Shown here: positions 28,401-37,092 of the stretch, piece by piece
Numbering within the stretch: the stretch's first letter is position 1
Layout: the number at the start of each line of letters is the position of its first letter
Assembly: GCA_965223845.1 (NCBI GenBank)
Contig: CBDCXR010000004.1
Coordinates: 5,024,001 to 5,088,000, forward strand
Direction: 5' to 3'
DNA length: 64,000 bases
From: Planctomycetota bacterium
GTDB taxonomy: Bacteria > Planctomycetota > UBA8108 > SXIK01
Notes under the pieces: generated by a model
The model's database searches: none
Seen by the model: only the letters and a program-made list of their open reading frames with translations
What the model was told of the DNA's origin: nothing
Made by a program: the position numbers and the translations under genes

Positions 28401-28820
28401 CACCCGGGCCGCTCGGAGTACCTCGGCGGGCGGTACGGGCTGAAGAATCGACTGCACCGGCGCGACGACGAAGCAGGGCTCGCTCGGCCGGTGCGTGAGC
28501 TGCTCGAGCACACTCAGCCGCAGGTAACAGCTCTCCGGATCGGGCTCGCTGTCGGGCAGAAAGAGCGACTCCCACGGTGGAAAGAAGAAGGCCGGCGCCT
28601 CCACCGCGCTCGAGATCTCCTCGAAGAGCTGATCCGCCTCGTCCTGACTCGGGGCGATGACGACGACGGGACCGCTCCCTTTCCGCGTTTCCCAAGCCGC
28701 GAGAAAGAACGCGAGCGACGCACCCCAAAACCCGGACGCCTCAACGCGTCCGGCTTCGAGGCGGTTCAAGACGAGATCCATCTCGCCGGAGCGGGAGTAC
28801 TCGGTAATGAGATCGCGCAT
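25494..28820 (-). CDS. mfd: Transcription-repair coupling factor
   Basis: CarD-like GDYIVHVVHGIGRY; GDVGYGKT, DEEQRFG, TATPIPRT and QLRGRVGR; TRG motif DLELRGAGNILG. Confidence 0.97.
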   Translation of the reverse strand: MRDLITEYSRSGEMDLVLNRLEAGRVEASGFWGASLAFFLAAWETRKGSGPVVVIAPSQDEADQLFEEISSAVEAPAFFFPPWESLFLPDSEPDPESCYLRLSVLEQLTHRPSEPCFVVAPVQSILQPVPPAEVLRAARVDVSVGADLDPAALAASLVERGMRAVPLTDKRGELSHRGDVLDVFGFEGPNPLRIEFFGDTVESIREFRPETQRSIAGSEREACGFLLVEKSALFRDCFRGEEPLLVDLLGTHGEVVVQDSAAVHARAAKIFRNVLGGASDDVFASWRERVDAKASLRTSVHPESGASASGASSAVALEFGSVERFQSADLDRTVAELRSYAASGRSVRLICDSEAEVDRLAELLGDHGLQDPAATSLVLEVGSFRRGFEAHVLNTAVLTARELLGRQIVRRVRSRTAPGRAITNFVELKQGDYIVHVVHGIGRYLGIERFKKDGLLQEFLALEYRGQTKVYVPVSKIELVQKYIGSGDRPPTLDKIGGVSWARKKEAVESALVDLASDLLELQALRTERKGVRFEGDTEWQRAFEAAFPFEDTPDQVTATEAIKRDMVSDRPMDRLICGDVGYGKTELAMRAAFKAVENGYQVGILVPTTILAQQHFRTFTERAKGFPVTVDVLSRFRSAKEQRAVLRAAAEGRVDVLVGTHRLLSDDVVFRNLGLLVVDEEQRFGVAHKEKFKRLRSCVDVLTMTATPIPRTLHMSLLGIKDISSLTTAPAGRTSVDTEVMRFDPDRVREIIIRELNRDGQVFFLHNRIHDIDRVRFELERIVPEARIVSAHGRMKEDELEEVMVRFLGGEIDVLVSTTIIGSGIDIRSANTIFVDEADIYGLADLHQLRGRVGRYRHQAYCYLILPEHRHVNPEAAKRLQALVEFSDLGAGFQIAMRDLELRGAGNILGPEQSGHIAAVGYEMYCRLLEATVRRLREEDYAEPVHVEVEFAVQALIPDDYLPGEGPKIDVYRRVSQAANENDVREIAAEIRDRFGELPPPVETLIDLQILRIHCARSGVEAIRVQDGSLVLEGRESMGELLESCPLRVAVLDSRTAAIRLVHPARRYAEPPSDDLAFRIALEWVRNREFPVDLLDGGAVPSGARAR

Positions 28821-29149
28821 GTTCCTTCATCGGCGAACCGCGCGTTTCGACGTTTACCCGACGCCGCTTCCTCGCTCGTTCGCGTTCCGTTTCGGTTTCC
28901 CCGTTCGGTCCGGGGTTCTCATTGATCTGCGGCGTCTCGCCGCTGCCCCGAAGTCAGCCGCCAGGGATTCTCACCGGTCGCTAAGCTCGAGCTCGTCCGT
29001 TCTTCGGCGTGCTGACCGGCCTCCAGCTCGACCTGATCTCGGCGATGGGAGTCTTCGGCATCCCTGACATGATTCCGAGGAATGAAGTTGGTCGACGGCC
29101 GGACCGCGGGGCGCTGAGATCCCCCTCACGGATTCACGGCCGAACTGAT

Positions 29150-29890
29150 CTAGAGAGACTCGCCCCACGTCTCCTCCGGGCCGAGGAGATCCTCGAGAGT
29201 CGCCTTCGCCGCCATCTGCTCTGCATCTTTCTTCGACCGTCCCTTGCCCCGCTGCTGGCGCTCTCGCCCGAGGACGGCGACGACTTCGAACGACTTGTGG
29301 TGATCCGGTCCCTTCTCGGACACCACGCGGTAGCTCGGAGTGAGTCCGCGCTCCCTCTGGACCCACTGCTGGAGGAGAGACTTGTAGTTCTTCTGGTGTT
29401 GGTTGCCGACAACCGCGAGCACGTGGTGATAAAGATTCCTCAGAATGAACCTTCGAGCGGTTTCGAGTCCGGCGTCCTTGTAGATCGCGGCGACAACCGC
29501 CTCGAACAGATTGGCCTGAAGTGAAACCGGGATCTTCTTTCGCCCGATACCCTTTCCGACGTTGTAGTACTCGCTGATCCCGAGTCGTTCACTTTCGGCC
29601 GCGAGCGCGCGAGTGCTGACCACGACCGACTTGATCTGCGTGAGCTCGCCCTCGTCCTTCTCCGAGTAGAAGTTGTAGAGAAACTCGGTCATCACGAGCC
29701 CGAGGACGGAATCCCCGAGAAACTCGAGTCGCTCGTTCGAGGGAAGATCGTGCTTCTTGATCGACGAGTGCGTGAGTGCGTGCACGAGATACGTGACGTC
29801 CGCGAATCGGTGTCCCACACGCTCCTCGACGGCGTGGAGGCGGTCGAGATCTGCGTTCGAGATCGACGGGTCGGACGAAGCGGTGGTCAT
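29150..29890 (-). CDS. rnc: Ribonuclease III
   Basis: NERLEFLGDSVL signature and dsRBD (NYKSLLQQW...GRSKKDAEQMAA). Confidence 0.97.
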   Translation of the reverse strand: MTTASSDPSISNADLDRLHAVEERVGHRFADVTYLVHALTHSSIKKHDLPSNERLEFLGDSVLGLVMTEFLYNFYSEKDEGELTQIKSVVVSTRALAAESERLGISEYYNVGKGIGRKKIPVSLQANLFEAVVAAIYKDAGLETARRFILRNLYHHVLAVVGNQHQKNYKSLLQQWVQRERGLTPSYRVVSEKGPDHHKSFEVVAVLGRERQQRGKGRSKKDAEQMAAKATLEDLLGPEETWGESL

Positions 29891-30033
29891 CGCGGGAAGT
29901 GGGGACGGATCGAGAGAGCGTGCGGGGTTGGACGGTTCACTATGCTAACTCGGCGCTCTCTTCAGATTCTACGGGCGTCGCCGGACGCATCCGGCGAGAA
30001 ACGCGCCGAGCGAGGAGTCCGCCCGAGACCCGA

Positions 30034-30432
30034 TCAAGAAGCGAAAAAACGCGGGAACCACCGGATCTCGCGCACGCTTCCGGTTGTCGACGACGCCAGC
30101 TCCACGGTGACGAGATCGATCCGATAGGACGGAGCCGGTCGCCGAAGCCGAAGAATGTAGGCCCTCGCCGTTCTCGCGAGCGCCCGACGCTTCGCGCGCC
30201 CCAGGTTCTCGAGTCCCGTCCACTCGCTCTCCGGGAGATGGACGCGAGTCTTCACTTCGACGAACACGATCTCGTCGCCGTCGCGCGCGACGAGATCGAT
30301 CTCGCCGCGACCGATCCGGACGTTTCTCGCCACGACCTTGAGTCCCCGGCGCGCGAGGAAGACGGCCGCTTCCCACTCGCCGAACGAGCCGACGCGCGAG
30401 CGACGCCTCCCGCGATAGCGCCAGCCGCTCAC
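30034..30432 (-). CDS. yraN: YraN family (UPF0102) endonuclease-like protein
   Basis: GEWEAAVFL...GEIDLVARDGDEIVFVEVKTR...YRIDLV; probable GTG start at 30432 after GAGG. Confidence 0.9.
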   Translation of the reverse strand: MSGWRYRGRRRSRVGSFGEWEAAVFLARRGLKVVARNVRIGRGEIDLVARDGDEIVFVEVKTRVHLPESEWTGLENLGRAKRRALARTARAYILRLRRPAPSYRIDLVTVELASSTTGSVREIRWFPRFFAS

Positions 30433-30711
30433 CCACCACCTCAAGCGTGAACCCATCGATCCCGCCCCGTTCGCCACCGATTCTCGCCACCGCGCCGGGC
30501 CGCGCCCCCTGCATCTGAATCTCGCACGGATGCCGCGGATTGCAAATCCCGTCGAACGAGAAAGACAAGCGCGCGCACCAGGCCGCGAGCCGCACCGGCT
30601 CGCGCTCGTCGGCGAGGAGGCTTCGCGAGAGCCCCTCAAAAGAAAACCGGGGCCGCGCCGACGTGCGGTGCGGCCCCGGTTTCCACTGCCCGGCGATCTG
30701 GGAGAGAGGCG

Positions 30712-31092
30712 CTACTTCTTGTCCTTGCTCTTCTTCTTCCCGTACTCGCGTCGCTCCTTGACCTTGGTCGCCTTGCCGACCCGGTCGCGGAGATAGTAGA
30801 GCTTCGCGCGGCGCACTTTTCCGGGTCGCTTCACGATCACCTGCTGCACCGAGGGACAATGGAACGGGAAGACGCGCTCGACGCCCTCGCCCTGGACGAT
30901 GCGACGGACCGTGAACGCGCCGTTGATCCCCTTTCCGGATCGCATCTTGATCACCGTCCCGCTGAACACCTGCACACGCTCCTTCTCGCCCTCGCGAATC
31001 TTCACGTGGACGTCGACCGTGTCGCCGATGCGAAACTCCGGGACTTTCTTCTTGAGGCTGCTCGCCTCAACCTTGCGCAGCACTTCGTGCAT
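30712..31092 (-). CDS. rplS: 50S ribosomal protein L19
   Basis: FRIGDTVDVHVKIREGEKERVQVF...GVERVFP...VRRAKLYYLR. Confidence 0.98.
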   Translation of the reverse strand: MHEVLRKVEASSLKKKVPEFRIGDTVDVHVKIREGEKERVQVFSGTVIKMRSGKGINGAFTVRRIVQGEGVERVFPFHCPSVQQVIVKRPGKVRRAKLYYLRDRVGKATKVKERREYGKKKSKDKK

Positions 31093-31320
31093 GGCGTCTC
31101 TCCTTTCGGCCGGACGCGCGGACTCGATGGAGTCCGGCTTCCCGCCGCTCTAACTCGCAGTTCTAACCAGATTTCTACGACGACGCCGTAGGACGGGCAT
31201 CGCTCGCGCCGGCGCCCGGCGTCTCGCCGCGTCTCTCACCGACTCTGGTGAGAACTGCGGGCTGAGCATCGTAGTCGGATATCCGTTCTTCGTCATCGTT
31301 CTCGTCTCTTCCTTCTCGGC

Positions 31321-32190
31321 TCACTCGCTCGCTTCGCCTCTCGCGCGATCGGATCGCGCGCCGTGCTCTCGAGCGTGGATCCCTTCGCCCGGCATGTCGC
31401 CACGGGTGAGCAGATCCGCTCGACGCTCTCGCGTCCGCCGGAGTGCGTGGTCACGCCGCCAGGCCTCGACCTTCGCGTGATCGCCGGAGAGAAGCACCGG
31501 CGGAACTCGCATGCCGCGAAACTCCGGAGGGCGCGTGAAATGCGGACAGTCGAGAAGGTCGTTCTCGAACGACTCCTGCGCGGCGGAATCCGGGTCGCCG
31601 AGCGCACCGGGGAGGAGTCGAACCACGCCGTCGAGAATCGTCATCGCCGGCAGCTCGCCGCCGGTGAGGACGTAGTCACCGACCGAGCACTCCTCGAAAC
31701 GGACGCCGGGGACGGCGAGCTCTCTGGCCGCCTCGGCGGCGCTCGCGTCGCCGTTCGGTTCGATTGGCGCCACCTCGCCCGCGGGAGCCGTTCCCGTGAG
31801 CAACGCGCGGATCCGCTCGTCGAAACCTTCGTAGTGACCGCAGAGAAGCACGATGCGATCCGCCGAAGCGAACGCCCGAAAGTCACGCTGGGAGAGCGTG
31901 CGGCCTTGCGGGCAGAGCATCAGGAAGCGAGTGCGTCCCGCCGGTATGTCGCTGTCTCGCACGACGGATTCGACCGCTTCGACGACCGGCTCGGGCCGAA
32001 AGACCATTCCGGGCCCGCCGCCGTACGGCCGGTCGTCCACGCTGCGATGACGATCGCGAGCAAACTCACGAATGTCGGTGATACGCACGCGGACGAGCCC
32101 GCGTTTAGCCGCGCGTTCGAGGATGCTCTCGCCGAGCACGCTCGAGAACATTCCCGGAAAAATCGTGAGGATGTCGACGGTGAGAGCCAC
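31321..32190 (-). CDS. trmD: tRNA (guanine37-N1)-methyltransferase
   Basis: VDDRPYGGGPGMV, LCGHYEGFDER, SVGDYVLTGGE and FTRPPEFRG motifs. Confidence 0.97.
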   Translation of the reverse strand: MALTVDILTIFPGMFSSVLGESILERAAKRGLVRVRITDIREFARDRHRSVDDRPYGGGPGMVFRPEPVVEAVESVVRDSDIPAGRTRFLMLCPQGRTLSQRDFRAFASADRIVLLCGHYEGFDERIRALLTGTAPAGEVAPIEPNGDASAAEAARELAVPGVRFEECSVGDYVLTGGELPAMTILDGVVRLLPGALGDPDSAAQESFENDLLDCPHFTRPPEFRGMRVPPVLLSGDHAKVEAWRRDHALRRTRERRADLLTRGDMPGEGIHAREHGARSDRARGEASE

Positions 32191-32501
32191 GTCGGGCGTC
32201 CTTCGTTCGGTGCGGCGGTACGTGAGCGACGTTCAACCGCGCGGCACGAACGGTCCTGCGCGGCCCCGCGAACTCACGCTCGCGGTCGCGCGTTCGAGGC
32301 ACGGGAACAAGCGGCCGCGGAGCCGTCGGCGGCGCGCGATCGCTGAGGAGGAAATCTCAAAGAGCGACACCGCGCCGCTGAGGTTCCCGGCTGGGTAGCC
32401 CGCGACGCGGCTTGCGGCGACCACTCGCCGCGCGCGACAGGAAAGCGCGGAGGAATTCGTATTCCGTGCCCGGTCGCGGAATTCTGTTTCGTTCGACGGC
32501 G

Positions 32502-32897
32502 CTATTCGGACGGCGCGGCGGCCGCCTTCTCTTTGGCCGCGCGGTTCTTTGCCGCCCGCTTCTTGTACGAATCGGTAGCGCGCCGCGCCGCACGTCGCTT
32601 GAGAATGGACGGTGCTTTCTTGCGCCGCTTGGTGCGCGCCCCCGCTCCACCGGCTCCCGCGACGCGCTCGCGGCGAAGAAACGAGAGCACGGTATCCGAC
32701 GGCTGAGCGCCGACCGAAAGCCAGTACTCTGCGCGCGCCTTGTCGAGGCGGACTCGGTCGCCCTTCGCAAACGGATCGTAAAACCCGATCCGCTCGAGGT
32801 ACACGCCGTCACGCTGGCGCGACTTTTCGATCGCGCAAATTCGGTAAGCCGGGCGGTTCATCTTTCCCACCCGCATGAGGCGCAAGCTGACGGCCAT
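32502..32897 (-). CDS. rpsP: 30S ribosomal protein S16
   Basis: MAVSLRLMRVGK...YLERIGFYDP...WLSVGAQPSDTV with a basic tail. Confidence 0.97.
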   Translation of the reverse strand: MAVSLRLMRVGKMNRPAYRICAIEKSRQRDGVYLERIGFYDPFAKGDRVRLDKARAEYWLSVGAQPSDTVLSFLRRERVAGAGGAGARTKRRKKAPSILKRRAARRATDSYKKRAAKNRAAKEKAAAAPSE

Positions 32898-32984
32898 GAA
32901 CGCTCTCCTGTGCGTCGGCGAATCTTCGTGGAGTGTCTTCGGGTTCGTTCTCTTCGCCTCGGTTCCCGGCGCAGAGAATCGCCC

Positions 32985-33012
32985 ATTATGCCACAGCGGA
33001 GGGTCCGTTCAA
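32985..33012 (-). promoter_or_regulatory. Sigma-70 promoter upstream of rpsP
   Basis: On the minus strand, TTGAAC-N16-CATAAT with an extended -10 TG, about 90 nt before the rpsP ATG. Confidence 0.55.
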
Positions 33013-33111
33013 GGAATTCCCTAACGGACGCAAGGTATTGCGTAACTTCGAGTTACGTCCGGAGCCGCGAGCCGAAGACGAGCTCGCCCGCGCGAAGCAC
33101 GCGAGACGGGA

Positions 33112-34674
33112 CTACCTCTTCTTCCTCCCCTTTCGCCTCGCCTGCCGCCGGTTCTTTCGATCCTGCTTTCGCTGGCGCAGCACGTCGTCGCGCGTCCGGC
33201 GCGCAACCGAACCCTTGGCGCCGGGGGCACGCTTCCCCTTTCCGGCGTTCTGTCCGTTCGCGTCAGCCCCGGGAGGCGGCCCCATTTCTCCCATCATCTG
33301 CTGCATCATCCCGCCGATGTCCCCCATCTGCTTCTTCGCCGCCCCTAGCTGGCGGATCTTGCCGAGCGGCCCCTTTCCGCCGCCTCGCCCGAGCCCGTCC
33401 ATCACCTTCTTCATCGCCGAGAACTGCTTGAGGAGATCGTCCACTTCGATCCGCTCGACTCCCGCTCCCTTCGCAATTCGGTCCCTCCGACTCGTGTTCA
33501 GGATCTCGGGGCGGTTCCGCTCCTTGACCGTCATCGATTGGATGACGGCTTCGACGCGGTTCACCTCCGAGTCGTCGAACTCGTCGAGTCCGTCCATCAT
33601 CTGACCCATGCCCGGGATGAGCTTCATCATCTCCTTCATGGAGCCCATCTTCTTGAGCGTTCCGAGCTGCGCGAGGAAGTCGTTCAAGGTGAACGTGTTC
33701 CCGAGGAGCTTCTCTTGCAGCTTGGCGGCTTCATCCTGGTCGATGTGCTCCTGCACTCGACTGACGAGCGAGACGACGTCGCCCATGCCGAGGATGCGCT
33801 CGGCCATTCCTTCCGGGCGGAACGGCTCGAGCGTCCCGTCGAGCTTCTCCCCGACACCGATGAACTTGATCGGTTTTCCCGTGACCGCCTTCACCGAGAG
33901 CGCTGCACCTCCGCGCGCATCACCGTCGAGCTTCGTGAGGATGACGCCGGTGAGCTCGAGCTGCTCGTTGAACTCGCGGGCGCTCTTGACCGCGTCCTGG
34001 CCGACCATCGCATCGCACACGAGGAAGACTTCGTGCGGATTCGTGCGCTTGGCGACATCGCGCACCTCCGCCATCATCTCCTCGTCGATGTGGAGACGAC
34101 CCGCGGTGTCGAGGATCACCGTGTCGCGGCCTTCGCGCTTGGCAAAGTCGATAGCGTTCCGGCAAATCTGCGGCGGCGGCGCGCCGGCCTCGGAGTAGAC
34201 CGGAAAACCGAGCTGTTTCCCGAGCGTCTTCAATTGCTCGATCGCCGCGGGACGCTGAACATCCGCCGCGACGAGGAGCGGCTTTCGCTTCTGCTTCTTG
34301 CTGAGGAGGAGCGACAGCTTTCCGCACGTCGTCGTCTTTCCGCTTCCCTGAAGGCCCGCCATGAGAATGACGGTCGGTCCCTTCTCGGCGAATTGGATGG
34401 ACGAATCCACCGGGCCCATCAGCTCGACCAACTCTTCGTGGACGATCTTGATGAACTGATGTCCCGGATTGACGCCCTTGAGGACTTCCTCACCGAGAGC
34501 CTTCGCCTCGACGCGCGTCAGGAACGGCTTCAGCACCTCGAACGAGACGTCCGCTTCGAGGAGCGCGACGCGCACCTCCCGGAGCGTGTCCTTGACGTTC
34601 GACTCGGTGAGTCGCTTACGCGGGCCGATACGCTGGAAGATGTCGGTGAAGCGGCGGGAGATGTTCTCGAACAT
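33112..34674 (-). CDS. ffh: Signal recognition particle protein
   Basis: GLQGSGKTTT, DTAGR and TKLDGDARGG motifs; Met-rich M domain. Confidence 0.98.
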   Translation of the reverse strand: MFENISRRFTDIFQRIGPRKRLTESNVKDTLREVRVALLEADVSFEVLKPFLTRVEAKALGEEVLKGVNPGHQFIKIVHEELVELMGPVDSSIQFAEKGPTVILMAGLQGSGKTTTCGKLSLLLSKKQKRKPLLVAADVQRPAAIEQLKTLGKQLGFPVYSEAGAPPPQICRNAIDFAKREGRDTVILDTAGRLHIDEEMMAEVRDVAKRTNPHEVFLVCDAMVGQDAVKSAREFNEQLELTGVILTKLDGDARGGAALSVKAVTGKPIKFIGVGEKLDGTLEPFRPEGMAERILGMGDVVSLVSRVQEHIDQDEAAKLQEKLLGNTFTLNDFLAQLGTLKKMGSMKEMMKLIPGMGQMMDGLDEFDDSEVNRVEAVIQSMTVKERNRPEILNTSRRDRIAKGAGVERIEVDDLLKQFSAMKKVMDGLGRGGGKGPLGKIRQLGAAKKQMGDIGGMMQQMMGEMGPPPGADANGQNAGKGKRAPGAKGSVARRTRDDVLRQRKQDRKNRRQARRKGRKKR

Positions 34675-34939
34675 GACGGCTGAGACTCGTCGCGCTTCAG
34701 AGCGCGCTGGGCGATTCGGTGGTCTAGATCACGAGCTCCGCTCGCCGGGCGAACCCTTCGCTCGACTGCGGACGGAGCGGGCGGCCGATCGGCCTCGTGT
34801 TCGCGGTGCGCGCGGAGGCAAACGCCCCTCGACCGGGCGGCGGCAGCGAGCCGTTAGCATAGCACCCGCTCCTCCGGCACAAAAGAGAGGGCCGTGCAGG
34901 GCGGCGAACGAAGGCGGGCGCGAGGATGTCGCGGCCCCT

Positions 34940-36976
34940 TCACCCGCTCGCGGACGTCCGACGGCCGAACACGAACAGCGTGACGAGCACGACCGCGGCG
35001 TGGAGAACCAGAACGAGGAACGGATTCCAGCCGTATCCAGCGAGGATGTAGCAGGGGATGGTCACCGCGGCCACGAGGAGCGCGTAGGGAAGCTGTGTCC
35101 GCACGTGATCGATGTGATCGGCCCCCGCGGCCATCGAGCTGAGAACGGTGGTATCGGAAATCGGCGAGCAGTGATCGCCGAACACCGCGCCGCCGAGAAT
35201 CGCGATCACGGACGCCTGACAGATGCGCAGAATCTCCGACTCGTCCATTCCCGCCCCCGCGGCCAGCTGACCCGCGAGCGGTAGGAGCACCGGAATCAGA
35301 ATCCCCATGGCGCCGTACGACGTTCCGGTCGCGAACGCGACGAGACCCGCAGTCGCGAATGCGATCACGGGAACGAGCGCGGGAGAGAGTGATCCACTGG
35401 TCAGCTCGAGAATGTAGTCGCCGGCCTGAAGCTCCTTCGAAACCGCGCTCACCGACCATGCGAGGAGCAGGATCACCGCGGCGAGAACGAGGGACCGGAC
35501 TCCTCCGATCCACGCCTCGACGATCCGGCCGACCTTCCACCGAAGGCCGAGCGCGAAGAGCGCGGCGACGATCGACGCACCGAACGAGGCCCAGAGAAGT
35601 GCGCGAAACGAATCGGCGTTCGCGATGATCTCGCGGAGAGACGGCTCGTCTACGCCGCCGCCGACCGCAGCCTCGTACCCGGTCGTGTAGAGCCCGATCG
35701 CGGTGAAGACGACGACACTCAACACCGGAACGACCGCGGTCGCCCAGTGACTCGCGGGCGCCTCGGCGACGGCGAGATCGTCGACCGCAAGCGGCTGCGC
35801 ACCGTCGCGAAGGACCGCACCGGTCGCTTGCGCGCGCTCCTCGGCACGGCGCATCGGGCCGAAGTCGCGACCCGTTATCGCCGACGCGAATACGAAGAGG
35901 AGCATGAGGAAGCTGTAGAAGCTGAATGGAATCGCGAGAAGAAAGAACAAGTACGCCTCGGTTCCGGGAAGCCCGGCGTTCGGGAGATCCTCGCGGATGA
36001 GGCCGAGCTGGTACGCCGTCCACGTCGAGATCACCCCGATCGTCGCGATCGGCGCCGCCGTCGCATCGATGAGAAACGACAACTTCTCGCGGCTGATGCG
36101 CAGCCGATCGGTCAGCGGCCGGACAGTGTTTCCGACGATGAGGCAGTTGGCGTAGTCATCGAAGAAGACGAAGGTTCCGAGGAGAGCCGTCGTCGTTTGG
36201 CCGGCGCGCGAAGTCCGAACGCGATTCGAGATCGACTCGACGAGCCCCCGCACCCCGCCGGTCGCACGGATGACTCCGACCATCCCCGCGAGCGAGAGAC
36301 TGAATACGAGAATCGAAGCGTGTCCCTCGTCGGTGAGCGCCGGAAGCACGTAGGTGTCGATCGAGCGAAGAAACGAGGTGATCGGGTTCCACCCGTGCGT
36401 GAGCATCGCTCCGATCCAGACGCCGCAAAAGAGCGACGGCACCACCTGACGCGTCAGGAACGCACAGAGGATCGCAACGAGCGGAGGAAGCAGGACAAAC
36501 CACCTCGGGAACGTACGCCGATCCGTGCGCCCGCTGACGTCGCCCCGCGGCGAGCGGTAGATCGCGCTCACCCGACCGTCGACGATACGTGCATTCTCGA
36601 GCGTGAACGAGCCGCGGTCGAACGGTCCCGCCGCCGCGATCAGAGCGCCGTCCGCAGAGCGCGCGCCGTGGAGCTCGACAGAACCCGTGAACGCTTCGAG
36701 AACTGATCCGTCCGCGGCGAGCGCGTCGATGCGGATCGTGCGTTCCGCGCCCGCGAGAACCGGCGCGTCTCGAACGATCACCACGCGGAGCGAAGCGGGG
36801 TGGACGGCGGTAGGCTCTGCGGTGGGATCTTCGCGCGAGACCTCCGGCGCGCCGTCCGGTTCCTGCGCGGCGGCCCGACCGCCCGTCCCGGAAGCGAATG
36901 CGAACACGGAGACGAGCGACGCGACGACAGCGAGCGCGAGTCGACGAGAGGCCTTTCCGCGCTCGACGATCTTCAC
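34940..36976 (-). CDS. Na+/H+ antiporter NhaC family transporter with an N-terminal periplasmic domain
   Basis: FFDDYAN, ISREKLSFLIDATAAP, FATGTSYG and GDHCSPISDTT motifs. Confidence 0.92.
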   Translation of the reverse strand: MKIVERGKASRRLALAVVASLVSVFAFASGTGGRAAAQEPDGAPEVSREDPTAEPTAVHPASLRVVIVRDAPVLAGAERTIRIDALAADGSVLEAFTGSVELHGARSADGALIAAAGPFDRGSFTLENARIVDGRVSAIYRSPRGDVSGRTDRRTFPRWFVLLPPLVAILCAFLTRQVVPSLFCGVWIGAMLTHGWNPITSFLRSIDTYVLPALTDEGHASILVFSLSLAGMVGVIRATGGVRGLVESISNRVRTSRAGQTTTALLGTFVFFDDYANCLIVGNTVRPLTDRLRISREKLSFLIDATAAPIATIGVISTWTAYQLGLIREDLPNAGLPGTEAYLFFLLAIPFSFYSFLMLLFVFASAITGRDFGPMRRAEERAQATGAVLRDGAQPLAVDDLAVAEAPASHWATAVVPVLSVVVFTAIGLYTTGYEAAVGGGVDEPSLREIIANADSFRALLWASFGASIVAALFALGLRWKVGRIVEAWIGGVRSLVLAAVILLLAWSVSAVSKELQAGDYILELTSGSLSPALVPVIAFATAGLVAFATGTSYGAMGILIPVLLPLAGQLAAGAGMDESEILRICQASVIAILGGAVFGDHCSPISDTTVLSSMAAGADHIDHVRTQLPYALLVAAVTIPCYILAGYGWNPFLVLVLHAAVVLVTLFVFGRRTSASG

Positions 36977-37092
36977 TCCCTCACCTCACCGAGGCCCGGA
37001 CTCGGACGCAACCTACATGCGACGTTCGCGCCGAACTTACCGGCCGAGCCCGGCCGCGTCAATCGACCTCATGAAAGCGCGCTCGCCGGCGT

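Noticed and set aside
28821-29149. RNase P RNA or tmRNA in the rnc-mfd gap
   Set aside because: Only short hairpins and partial words are present; the GAGGAAAGTCC and AACCCGGCTTA hallmarks and tRNA-like ends are absent.
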